A stretch of DNA of 64,000 nt from Selaginella moellendorffii (taxonomy: Eukaryota; Plantae; Lycopodiophyta): the NCBI RefSeq assembly GCF_000143415.4, contig NW_003314290.1, forward strand, positions 1,095,481-1,159,480, written 5' to 3'. Position numbers and translations under genes: made by a program. The notes under the pieces were generated by a model. The model worked only from the letters and a program-made list of their open reading frames with translations, ran no database searches and was not told where the DNA came from. Shown in pieces: positions 40,201-53,184 of this stretch (the first letter of the stretch is position 1; each line of letters begins with the position of its first letter).

Positions 40201-41564
40201 CGGAGCATCTCAAATCCATCCTATGAGCCCAAGAGCAAACTCACATTATTAGGTACAAAAGGTAACCAAAACCATACCCAAGGAACAATTGTGAACCCTT
40301 TGCACCTAAACGTGTACCCACTCGGATCATCGTTTTCATCTCTGCGTATGCAACGAGACTAGTTGCCCAATCTCATTGAATAGTACTCACTGAGACTCAT
40401 CCTCTGATACCAAATGTAGCGCACGTGGTTTTGACCCTTTATCCTATGGTGATTTACCATAGGATAACACCACGAAGCGGAACCTAAACCCTCTTTGTGC
40501 CACGTGACAGATGCCACATGTCACATGCCACGTGTCCATGCCACGTGTCCATAGGAACCCGAAGTTCAAGGCCTTGGGCCACTGAACGAAGGAACGGTGC
40601 CAAACTCCCAAGCATGGAGCCAAGGAGTGATGGAACCGGACCACGGAGCAACTCCCGAGCATAAAGCCCAAGGAGCGAAGGGACAGGAGCCCGGAGCGAC
40701 TTGGAACAGTCCTGGAGCAACCAGCATCCCAATGCCAGGACCAGCACACAAAACGGAGCTAAACGGAGTCTGGCGCTATTTCGGCATACCGGTGGCCTAA
40801 CGTGAGGATATGGGTACTCCACCAACTAGCATGGAATGGAACTTGGGCTTAGACCCAAGCCGGACGCAGAACAAGGACAGGCACGCAAGCGGGAGCTAGA
40901 CTATGCCTCAGGTTGGTCGGCCATGCCCGACCTACCCACTATCCCTACTATACATTTGGAACCCCCCACAGCCCCCCCCCCCCCTTGAGGAACACACGCT
41001 TTGGGCTTTCACCCTAAGCCTCCCTTAGTATCAGGAGTTAGTCTCTGGGACAAGCTCGAAACTTACTAAATATGGAATGTCCCTAGATTGCGAATTTGGA
41101 CACGGGACGAACACCATTGTGTTCAGGACGATCTCTACATTCCTTAGATATGCCAAATGAGCAAATTTGGACACTTTCCACAAATAGCATTTGGGACCGA
41201 AATGAGACTAACACAAAGGGCATGATAGCAAGGGTGTTTGGCAGACACGGTAAGCTATCATCCGGCGATATTGAGGGACCAATCTCAATACGCGAGGGTT
41301 CTTGCCAAGCCAGTGCAAGACAGAGCAAAAGAGAACTAACAAGCCGGGCCAAGTATGCTTGGCTAAATAGACACTTAGGAATTCCTTCCTTATGCTCATC
41401 CGGCCAAGTACAGATGCTAAGTCCAATTTACTAACACTTGAACAAGAGGGGCCAATAAAGGGAACCAGCAGTACCGACCTCCTGCCATCGTGGCAGTAAG
41501 GTAAGAGTGTCCGTAAGGACAGGTCGACAGGTAACTTTCGATACCCGAAGTCACATGCGCGACA
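34271..41564 (-). mobile_element. Young non-autonomous LTR element (LARD-like)
   Basis: 1150-bp LTRs 34271-35420 and 40415-41564 differing at about 4 positions by eye; TSD GCTGG; PBS TGGTATCAGAG (tRNA-iMet) 40402-40412; PPT beside 35420; 5-kb interior without a long ORF. Confidence 0.93.
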
Positions 41565-44500
41565 GCTGGGCATTGAAAAGTTAAAATATATTCTAGACAT
41601 GTTGGTTGAAGTAAAGATATGTCGTAACTAAAAGTTTCTTTGGTTTATGGCACAAATTGGCATTTGCCACTGTTGGGCATCTGCAGTTCATGCTTATGCA
41701 AACAAGGAGTAGCTCTTAAAATATACAACATGGATTATTACATTATTTTAAGCTCAAGGCAATTCTCTCAATTATGATATGAACTAAATTTCTAGAAGTG
41801 CATCTTATACATTTCTCTAGCATGCTATGGATCTACCTATATTTGATCTTATTTTAGGGTTTCTTCCACCCAAATATTATACCTTTGGATTGATATGGCA
41901 TAATGCTTGATGTTTATAAGGTTGTTGATAGGGAAAGCAGAAGTATGAGTGAGAGCTGAGTATGAGGACTTTCCCATAATTCTCATTTCCTTTTGTAAGG
42001 CTTTTGAGATCGAGAAGAGCCTATAACAACTACTTTGCAAACTTTTCTTCTTTCGGCAAATGAATCTATGCTTGATTACACAACACAATTCAAGTAATAC
42101 TAGAAAATTTGTTAAGCCAAGGAAATGATGGAGGAGAATCTAGCTATCTTTGCATATAGGACTAAACTCAAGTTGGGGATTCAGCAAAAGGTGGCTCAAT
42201 GATGCCATTCCAAGTGTAACAACATGTATAACCATGCCATATATAAGAATACAAATTTCTAAGCCCCAAAGTGGAACCAAAAGTAAGCCATGTGGCAATG
42301 GCCAAAGTAGAAATTTAACAACCATAATATGTTTGGACCAAAAGCTCTAACTTAGAAAGTCAAGAGTGGGAGTGGAACTTTTAAAAAAGTGGATGAAGAA
42401 TGAATTATAAAATGATCAGTGAATGAGTCTCTAGAAAGGGACACAAGAGGGATGGACATGTGACAAGTGCCATAGCATGTGAAAGTGTCAAGACCAAGTT
42501 TGAGATGGTGTAGCACATATGAATTTGGAACCGAACTCTAAACCTGTTACATTACGAAATGAGTACAATCCCACGAGCACCAGCTCCATATCCAGCACCT
42601 ATATGCAAAATGGTGTCAGACGGTGTCTGACACAATTTTGGCATACTGGTGGCTTAATACAAAGAGGAGGGTACCCCACCGACTAAAGCAGCGTGAAGCT
42701 TGGGCTTAGACCCAAGCTGGAAGTAGAACAAAGAGTGATACAACCCAGCAGGAGCTAAATTAATGTCTCAGGTGGTCGGACATGCATTCTAACCACTATC
42801 CCTACTATACATTTGGAACCCCCCATAGCCCCCCATGTTCAAGTTCCAGGAAGATAACCACACATGATCTCCCACTTGATAGGATACATCATGACGATGC
42901 TGATCCTTATCATGTCAATATCTATCCTGAGCCTTGCCTATCGCCTCTGTAGCTCTAGACCAACCTTGGTGTAGTTGCTCCGTATAAGTTTCAATGTCCG
43001 GGACCAACACTTTGGACATTGGTTTTGGTACAACAATCTGTTGAGGAACCCTATGAGCATTCCCTTGCAGCATCTCCCATGAAGAATAGCCAATAGTGTA
43101 GTGAAATATGTTGTTATAGCAGATTTTTGTTGTATCCAAATACTCAACCTAGTTGCGTTGGTCCACCGCAACATAATACCGTAGATAATCCTCAACTTGA
43201 GCATTCACACGTTCGGTCTGCCCATCAGTTTGAGGATGATAAGTCATACTAAACTTCAACTTGGTATCGAACAATTGAAATAGTGTGCCTGAAAACTTCC
43301 CCGTAAATATCAAATTTCTATCCAAGATCATTTCTTCGGGAAGACCATGAACCTGCACCACTTTATGGAAAAAGAGCTTTGCTGCTTGTTTCACATTTAC
43401 TGTTCCCACAGTTGGAATGAAGTGTGCAATCTTCGACAATTGATTCACAACCACCATCAAAGTATTATAACCTTTAGACTTCGGCAAGCAAGTGACAAAA
43501 TCAAGTGTCACACTTTGAAATGGCCATGCCAGTGCTAGAATGCACTACAACTTTCTAGCTTGCTTCTCAGTTTTGCACTTATATTGTTGGCATATTGGGT
43601 AGGAACAGACACAATCTACCATATCACCTTCCATACCAGACTAGAAAAATCCCTTTTTCAATGAAGCCAGAGTCTTTTGCTTTCCACCATGTCCCACTAC
43701 CAGAACATCATGATGTTCCCGTAGAAACAATTGCTGCAGATCTTTAGAGGGAAGATATAATCTTTTTTGCTTATAGAATATAAGCCCATCCTGAACTGAG
43801 AAGTGAAGCTTTGCATTGGTGTGGCTAGCAACTTTTTCTGCTTCACTACTAGGGTCTTATTTTAACAACTTTGCACAGTGTAAGATTGCTTTTGCTAATG
43901 GATCACTTCCATATGAAGCCTGAATGTCCTTCAACCAGTCCGAACTAATTGCCGATATTCCCCGAAACTGAGCCTGATGACTTAATGCATTTAGAACAAT
44001 ATTGTTTTTATTAGGTTTATATATGATTTCAATATTATATTTAACAAACTTCTCTTGCTAACGAGCTTGCTTCGGCATAAGCTTTGGCTGCGTAGCAAAG
44101 TAGCTCAGTGTGTTACTATCTATATAAACCTTGGTATTTCCACCCAAATAATATCTCTAGTGTTTTAATGCCGACACTATAGCAAACATCTTTTTCTTGT
44201 GCGTTGGCCATCTTCATTAAATTTCATCCAATTTCTTGGAATAGAACGTAACTGGACAACCATATCACTTTAACATAACACCAACTGCTTTGTCATAATC
44301 TTGCTGCAACACGGCACCAATAGCATAGCTAGATGCATCACAATGCACTTCGAAGGGTTTATCAAGATCCGGGATCTTGAGAATAGGAACTGTAATCAAG
44401 ATTTCTTTCAACCGTAAAAAAGCACGCTGACAAGCAAGTGTCCAATAAAACAGTATATTACTCTTCATTAATTCAATCAACAAAAGAGACATTCTTGCAA

Positions 44501-45396
44501 AATTGTGGACAAACTTGCGATAGTATCCCACCAAATCGAGAAAGGAATGAACATCTGATATAGTGGTCAGGATTCCCAAAACTTCACTGCTTCCACCTTT
44601 TTTGGATCCACCTCAATTATGCCACCACCAACTATATATCCAAGAAAGTTCACGTGCAATTGTCCAAAAGCACATTTACTTTCCTTAGCATACAATTTGT
44701 GTTCATGCAATTTCTAAAACACAAACTCCAAGTGTTTCAAACAATCCTCTAATGTTTCACTAAAGACTAGAACATTATCGATATATAGAATAACAAATGT
44801 GTCTAAATAATTTTTGAATATTCTATCCATCATAGTGCTAAATGTTGTGGAAGCATTGCACAACCCAAATGACATAACAAGGAACTCATAAGATCTATAT
44901 CAAGTCTCAAAGACTGTTTTCTTCACATCCTGATCTGCCACCCGTATCTGATGATACCTAGACTACAAATCAAGTTGTGTAAAATACTTAGCTTTTAAGA
45001 GTTGGTCAAACAAATCATCAATGTGAGGCAAAAGATAATTGTTTTTGACCATGATCTTGTTGAGTGCCCAATAGTGGATACACATCCTCATGGTTCCATC
45101 CTTTTTCATAACAAAATGGACTGGCACTCCATAAGGTGACTTGTTTGGTCAGATATGACTTTTGTCAAAAGCTCCATGAGTTGCTTTTTGAGTTTAGCCA
45201 TCTCCTTAATGTTTAAATGATATGAAACTTTTATATGGTTTAGAATCCGGGATGACCTCAATACAATAATCAACCTCACGGCTAGGAGGTAGCCTTGGTA
45301 GCAAATCCTTCGGAAAGATATCCTGATTCCTTGCCAACAACTCTAATATCTTCTTTGGCACAGGATCAACCCCATCACCAATTCGAAATGAGTCAC

Positions 45397-47035
45397 TGTA
45401 AGTGACTAAATTTTCCATTCTACTTTAGTCACTTAACCGCACCTCCGACCACTTGGAGGAGTCTCATTCGCAACCTCCATAAGTCCCATTCAGAACTTGG
45501 GGCTTGCTAGCCCCGCGAATGGCATCCATGCCACTCAACCTGTGCACTTGGTCCAAGTGCTCCACATGTTCGATCCCATGACCGACACCCCAAGGTACCA
45601 CTGACATACCAGCCCGTTACGCTAGGCCATGCCCATCCACCTTAGTCACATTGGTGGTCCAACACCACCTACATTACAATCCTGTCTCTCAAAGACTAGG
45701 CCATGCATCCATGAGTGGCTTTCCCAGATCCACTCCATAGCATCCTCAGGATGCTTGCAGACATGGGGAATAGCCTTCCCCAATGTCTCATTTCTGGTCC
45801 CCACCAAGTCCCTTCCTGTCCATGGTCATGTTCACCAACACTGCCACTGGATCAAGGCCCACATGCCCGACCACTACGTCCCACAGTCCTCTGGGACTTC
45901 CTCACCACACGACTGTGTCCTTGGTCACTACCCCAAAGGACTGCTCCTCTTCCTTTCCACAGTCTGGGACTTTGGGGCAACGTTTCGGAACACCGTGGCC
46001 CTACGCGGGCCTCGTAGGTACTCTCCTCGCCTTTTGCCTTTGGGTGCTCTAGCCATGGGCTTAGAGTGAGGTTCCATTGAGCCACACCGGGTATCCAAGT
46101 AGGTAGTGCCACCCACACTTGGACTGGGAGCATCAGCCAGTCGATCTCCTGGGGGAACTAGAGTTGGCTCTTGAACACTTCACCAAGCTACCCTGCTTGT
46201 CGGTCCGTATTCACTCTAGTCTTGGACTTCCCAGTGGGCAGCTCATCACCCAACATTGGATCTGGCCTTCCTGGGCCAAACTGGCCTTTCCTGGCCAAAT
46301 TGGCTCCACTGCAATCCTCCCCCTACTATACTTTTGGAGCTCACCAAACCCCCCAGGGTCTGGGAGACGAACGCTTTGGGCTTTCACCCTCTCAGACTCG
46401 AACTCGGACTCGGACTTGGACTCGGACTCGGACTCGGACTCGGGCTCGGACTCGGGCTCAGGCTCGGTCTCAGCCTCGGCCTCGGTCTCGGTCCCGGTCT
46501 CGGTCTCGGTCTCGGTTTCGGTCCCGGTCTTAGTCCTGGTCTCGGTCTCGACCTCGGACTCCATCGGGTCCTTCTCAAATTCCATCTCGGACTCCATCTC
46601 GGACTCCATCTCGGGTCCATCTCGAACTCCATCTCGGACTCCATCTCGGACTCCATCTTGGACTCCACCTCGGACTCCAACTCGGGTCCATCTCAGACTC
46701 CATCTCGGACTCCACCTCAGACCCCAACTCGGGTCCATCTCGGACTCCATCTCAGACTCCACCTCGGACTCCAACTCGGGTCCATCTCGGACTCCATCTC
46801 GGACACCTCCACGTGTCATGTGTTGGTCCTTTTGGGTCCCTTTTTGGAGCCTCGCTTATTGCTCGCTTCATGCTCGTTCCTTGAGCACTCTGTTGGGAGT
46901 TCCACTCCCGCTCTCAACCTTTCAAGTCGGAGCCTTTTAGTCCAAATGTGTTACGCTCGTTTGGCTTTTGCTTCGGCCACTACCACATGGCACCCTTTCG
47001 GCTCCACTTTGGGGCTTAGGGATTTGTGTCTCACA
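45397..47035 (+). mobile_element. Solo LTR (family Y) inserted between protease and RT
   Basis: TGTAAGTGAC...GTCTCACA; TSD GTCAC/ATCAC; host pol continues on both sides. Confidence 0.88.
46390..46810 (+). repeat. CTCGGA hexamer / CTCCATCTCGGA dodecamer satellite inside the Y LTR
   Basis: Directly visible tandem array; eroded versions at ~25.25, ~49.36 and ~52.5 kb. Confidence 0.9.
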
Positions 47036-48819
47036 ATCACCAACACTCTCAACTTCCATCACTTGAACCCAAAAGGTCTGACATCCCTTCTTAATTGCTT
47101 TTTGAGCGGCTCTTACAGTCAAGAACTTAACATCCCAATCCTTTAAGAACGCTTTTGCAATTGGAAGGACACATCAGAATGTCCTTCTAACTTCAATGTG
47201 ATGCGATTTTGTCTAGCACCATAAATCCTTTTAATATATTTGTTGAAGAAATCCATTCCAAACACTATCTGAAAATCTGGTATCTTCAACACTATCAAGT
47301 CCACTCTTTCTTTCCACTTAGATATTTTTATTGGAACATCATTCACAATTTTTCTGGCTACTTGCCCATCTTCTGCAAACCAAAAGTGAATGGGTGACAT
47401 TTTCTCAGCATTCACCTTCTATTTCCGATCATCTTGTTTATTCCCAAAATACTTATTCTTGTCTAAGGTACTAGCATATGGTTGCTAATATTGTTCCATG
47501 AGTGAGTGACTAAAGGCAACTTGCTGCATTGCCTCCTTATATTCCAGGTATGTCTTTGGCTTAAACTTCAAAATCTCATTGTGAGAAAGTGAACTTAAAC
47601 CCTCCAGGAAATAACTTTGAACATCTTCATCACTCATATTGGCAATCATAATATGTTTCTGAGCAAATGCATTAACGTAATGCATAAGATCCCCTCGCTG
47701 CTTTTAACCACTGTAGCTCTACGTGAAGTCTCAGACCAAGATCGTCTGGCAAGTATTCTTTATGGATATGAGACTGCATCTTAGTCCAATGTCTAGTCTG
47801 CCCTTTTTCAACACACACCTGGTGCCACCAAGTTTTGGCATGATTGGTGAGAAAGGATTGTGCACATGCAACTTTCATACAATCATTTATGTTTGCTTTT
47901 ATGAAATAATTTTTTATATCATAGACCTAGTCTTCCAAAACATGATAGTCTTGCATGCCCCTGAAATTGAGTAGTTTCAGAGGCTTGAACTTTGAAACTT
48001 TTGCAACCAGAGGTGATTTCAGAACTTCATTGTCCTTAGAACTTGAAGAGGAGTCTGGCTGCATAGGTTTAGTTGGTTTAGTTGCCTCAACTTCTTTCTT
48101 CCTCTTCTTGTTCTCTTTCTTCAACTTGCGAATTTCCCTTCGCAAATTCTCAATCTCAACTTCCTAAGCCATACACTGTAGTGTTGCAACATCTGGCTCT
48201 TCCTCTTTTGACTCAGCCTCAGCCTCTTCTACAGCATCTCTAGCAAAATTTTCCTCCTTTCAATTCATTCGTCTAGAGGTTTCAGCGTCATCAGCATAGT
48301 TCCTTTTCACCATCCCGTTAACTGCATGCATCTATCAGTAACTGAACATGCATACAATGTTTTTATTGAATGGTGCAATCCAACTAATCTTACACAAGTC
48401 ACTTTGGATCTACTAGAAAAGTCTCTGCGTATGCAACTTGAGTCAGAAAATCCAACAAAATTTGGATAGGAATTGCTAAAACAATTCCTTTGATACCAAA
48501 TATAGCGCATCTGAATTTGGAGTCGAACTCCAAGCCTGTTGCACTATGAAACGAGGGTCTGATACAATCCCACGAACACCAACTCCCCGTATCTAGCATC
48601 TGCATGCAAAATGGTGTCAAACAGTGTCTGGCACAATTTTGGCATACCGGTGGCCTAACGTGAGGAGGAGGGTACCCCACCAACTAGAGCAGCATGAAGC
48701 TTGGGCTTAGACCCAAGCCAAACGCAGAACAAGGAGTAACACAACCCCATGAGAGCCAAATTAATGTCTCAGGTGGTCAAACATGCATTCCAACCACTAT
48801 CTCTACTATACATTTGGAA

Positions 48820-48919
48820 NNNNNNNNNNNNNNNNNNNNNNNNNNNNNNNNNNNNNNNNNNNNNNNNNNNNNNNNNNNNNNNNNNNNNNNNNNNNNNNNN
48901 NNNNNNNNNNNNNNNNNNN
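48820..48919. other. Assembly gap (N run)
   Basis: 100 N. Confidence 1.
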
Positions 48920-51900
48920 ATCGACGATCTCAAACACCATTGTGTTCAAGATAATTTCTACATTCCGTAAATATGCCAAATGAGCGAAACTAGACTATTT
49001 CCATAAATAGTTTTTGGGACTGAAATGAGATTAACATAAAGGGCATGAGAGCAAGGATGTTTAGTAGACATGATAAGCTATCATGTAGCCATATTAAGGG
49101 ACTAGACTCAATACACAAGGGTTCTTGCTAAAGTAGTGCAAGACAAAGCAAAAGAGAATTAACAAGCCGGGCCAAATATGCTTGGGTAAATAAACACTTA
49201 GAAATTCTTTCCTTATGCTCATCCGACCAAGTACAAATGCTAAGTCTAGTTTACCAACACTTGGATAAAAAGGGCTAATAAAAGGAACTAGCAATACTAA
49301 CCTCCTATCGTCATGGCAGTAAGGAGAAAGTGCCCATAAGGATTGGCTGACAAGTATCTCGGACTCGGACTCGGACTCAATCTTGGTCTCAGACTCCTTC
49401 TTGATCCATCTTGGACTCTATCTCAAACTCCTACTCAATCCATCTCAAACTTTATCTTGGCCTCCTTTTCAAACTCCATTTCAAACCCATCTCAAACTCC
49501 ATCTATCACGAATTTGAGTCTGGAATTGAATCTAAACACTAATACAAATCATGGGGTGAAAGCCCAAAGTGATTATCCTTGGGAGGGGGGGGGGGGGATT
49601 CCAAAAGTATAGTAGGGAGAGTGTGGCCTTTCCTAGCTAAATTAATTTTACTGGAGTCCAAACCCCATTATAACGTAGAAAGGTTATATCTACATAGTGG
49701 GTGATGATATAACTATTGAGGAGTCCAATACTAAAATAAACATAAATGGACAAATAAGGTAATTTAGTGAAGTGTTCAAGAGCTAGCTTTAACTCCCTTA
49801 AGAGATTGAAGGGTCAATACTCTCAATCCAAGTGTGAGTGGCACTACCTAGCATAACTCATCACAACCTCATTTTAGCCATATAGCTAGAGAACCCAAAA
49901 TTGAAAAGTGGGGAGAATACCCATAAGGCTTACATAGGGGTATAGTGTTTCAAAAGATCATCCCAAAGTCTCAGTTTATAGAAAGGAAGAGGAGTAATTC
50001 TTTTGTGTAGTGACTAAGGGTATGGTCACGTGGTGAGGAAGTCTTAGATGTCAATGGGACATAGTGGTCGGGCCTTTGGGCCTTGACTCAGTAGCCGTAT
50101 TAATAAGCACTACCATGAACGAAGTGGGACTTAATCGGGACTGAAGAAGGGACTGAAGAAGGGGAAGGGTGTTCTTCATGTTTTTAGATATCTTAAGGAT
50201 GCTAAACTGTAATTATGAGATGACCACTCATGGATGAGTGGCACAATCCTTAGGAGATAGGTTGTGGTATGAGTGGTTTTGGATTACAAATGAGACAATC
50301 ATAACTTTTATGCCAATGGTACTTTGAGTGTTTGTAATGAGATTAGACATATGGAGCACTTGAACCAAGTGGAAATGTAGAGTGGCATAAAGGCTATTCA
50401 CGAGGTTAACAAGTCCCTAAGTTAAGAATAGGACTTATGGAGGTTGCAAGTGAAACTCCTCCAAATGGTCAAATGTGTAGTTAAGTAATTAAAGTAAAAT
50501 GGAAAATTTAATCACTTACATTATAGAGATTGAGAAGGATTTAATATGAGAGTTAGATGTTTTTAGTGTGGTAGAGATATATGGTTGTCTTTTACTATGG
50601 CAATGTATGCCATCTCTAGGATATGACCTCCCACCCTACTTCGACACCATCATTAGCATTAATTACAAGCTCTTCTATTCCTCATTATCAACTCAACCCA
50701 ATGCTTTAGACATCTTCTCCATTTAACAATCATTAAAACTTTAACAATATAAGACTTTGTTATTGTAGTAGTAGCAAAACTTTATACTCTAAGAACAACA
50801 ACAAGAGTGGCTTTTGGAGGAATTCTACTCTTTCAAGGTACACCTTGTTCTATGATTCTCAAATTCATAATGATGATCATTGCTAGAAGTTACACCTAGA
50901 GCAATGCTCTATGAAGCAACAATAAACTATGATGCAACCCTTTGTGGACAACTCAAGCTTCATGGCCAATGGTTATTAGATTGCACTTTAGTAGAAAGCC
51001 CTTGAGGCTCTCTTGATGTCCCAAGATTATGGCAAGGTGATCGCAAGGGTTAACATGGTAAGCACTATTATAGCCATCATATGAGGTTGGAAGAAGAAGC
51101 ATATCCATATTAGAATCAGGTTTGAGTAAGCTCAAGTACTATATTTATTCTAGTAGCTGTATAATTGCTCTTCCCACGAGCATCTGTAGTGCCAACTTCA
51201 GGTCCAATTGTTTCTTCTCAATCATGAGGAATTTTGCCTAGTGATTTATGATAGTGTTCCTCTTTTTCAAGACACTATAGCCACTTTTGGCACAATTGTT
51301 GAAGTAGATTTAAGTGCTTCAACTCTAAATTTAACTTAGCAATTTTCTCTTATGTATCCCATGTTCTAATAGCTTGATTACCCACTTAGCTTAGCTAACT
51401 AGTTGAACCAATTTTTCACTTGCACTCATAATACTTTTCTAGTCCCTTCTAGTGAACAAGTGAAGCTAATGGATTGTCCAATTTGACTAGATCTAGAGGC
51501 TCACAATCTTCGGGTGTGATATATAGAGTGCTCTTAGACTTTGGTTCTAGGAGTAATACCATTTTCTTGCACCCCTTATACTATTTAGGATTGCAAATTT
51601 TTTCTATTATTGTGTAAGCGATTAAATTTTTCATTCCACTTTAGTCACTTAACGACACCTCCGACCATTTGGAGGAGTCTCACTCACAACCTTCATAAGT
51701 CCTACTCTAGACTTGGGTTTTCTAGCCTCGAGAATGGCATCCATGCCACTCAATTTTTACACTTGGTCCAAGTGCTCCATGTGTCCAATCCCATAAGTGA
51801 CACCCAAAAGTACCACCGACATATCAACCTATTACGCTAAAGCCATGCCCATTCACCTTTGCCACATTGGTAGTTCAACACCACTTGCATGATAGTTCTA

Positions 51901-52686
51901 TCTCTCAAAGATTAGGCCATCCGTCCATGAGTGGTCATCCCAAATCCACTCCTTAGCATCCTTAGGATGTCCACAGACATGGGGAACAACCTTCCCCAAT
52001 ACCCTTTTTTTAGTCCCCACAAAATCTCTTTTTGTCCATGGTTGTGTTCGCCAATATTGCCATTGGGTCAAGGCCAACTGACTCGACCACTAAGTCCCAC
52101 TGTCCTTTAGGATTTCCTCACCATATAACTGTATCCTTGGTCACTACATCAGAGGACTACCCTTTTCCTTTCCATAGTCTGGGACTTTGAGACAACATTT
52201 TGGAACACTATGACCCTATGTGAGCCTTGTGGGTACTCTCCCCACCTTCCGCATTTGGGTGCTCTAGCCATAGGGCTAGAGCAAGGTTCCATTGAGCCAT
52301 GCTAGGTATCCAAGTAGGTAATGCCACCTATACTTGGATTGGGAGCATTGATTATTCGACCTCCCAAAGGAACTAAATACGGCTTTTGAACACTTCACCA
52401 AGCCACCCCACTTGTCAGAAGCACCACCCCCCCCGGGGGACAATCTCTTTGGGCTTTCACCCAAAGCCTGTCGAACTCGGACTCACTTTTGGTCTCAATT
52501 TCAAACTCAAACTTAATCTCAGTCTCAGTCTCGATCTCGGTCCCATCTAGAACTCCATCTCAAACTCCATTTTAGGTCCATCTTGGACGCTATCTCGGGT
52601 CCATCTCGGACTCTATCTCTGACTCCATCTCAAGTCTATCTCAAACTCCATCTTGGACTCCACTTTGGGTCCATCTCGAACTCCTC

Positions 52687-53184
52687 TGTAGCGCACCTTA
52701 TCTCTCTCCCCTTAAGCCAACTGGAAAAGGGGCAATTGCTTCATGAGAGAGCCCTTAGTGGCTATTTTATCCCCATTTATCCCCCAAGGTTCCAAGGATC
52801 CACGGTGATAGTATATCCAAATCTCATCCCATGATCACATGTGCTACACTCACCCCCCCTTCAGAGATGTCAATGTCCTCATTGACTATTGACTAGCAAC
52901 CCCTACTGAGCCAAGGGGAACCAGCACCTCCATTTCCGCACTCAATCTACCAATCCTTCCATTGTGTAGACCAGCTATTCCATGTGAGGCAACTAGTCAT
53001 CCACCCGTACNNNNNNNNNNNNNNNNNNNNNNNNNNNNNNNNNNNNNNNNNNNNNNNNNNNNNNNNNNNNNNNNNNNNNNNNNNNNNNNNNNNNNNNNNN
53101 NNNNNNNNNNNNNNNNNNNNNNNNNNNNNNNNNNNNNNNNNNNNNNNNNNNNNNNNNNNNNNNNNNNNNATCACATGCGCTACA
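52687..53184 (-). mobile_element. TRIM with short (~162-bp) LTR, spans a gap
   Basis: LTR 52687-52848, PPT, interior matching the 20.8-kb TRIM in reverse, terminal GCGCTACA at 53184, TSD TCCTC. Confidence 0.8.
53011..53169. other. Assembly gap (N run)
   Basis: 159 N. Confidence 1.

Larger units (their letters stand above)
42509..49352 (-). mobile_element. Ty3/gypsy retrotransposon, decayed gag-pol, both LTRs truncated
   Basis: 5' LTR from 48501 with PBS TGGTATCA; gag (AKTWW), protease (IVFGMDFF), RT, RNase H (KPFEVHCDASSYAIGAVL), integrase (YHPQTDGQTERVN); 3' LTR fragment 42509-~42835. Confidence 0.9.
42245..50520 (-). mobile_element. Inverted family-Y LTR split by the Ty3 insertion (pieces ~42245-42508 and ~49355-50520)
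   Basis: Left piece is reverse complement of the Y right end; right piece ends AATTTAATCACTTACA, reverse complement of the Y left end. Confidence 0.65.

Noticed and set aside
46119-47146. Long SD/GL/TR-repeat ORFs in several frames
   Set aside because: Produced by the stop-free hexamer satellite inside an LTR; not conserved in other Y copies
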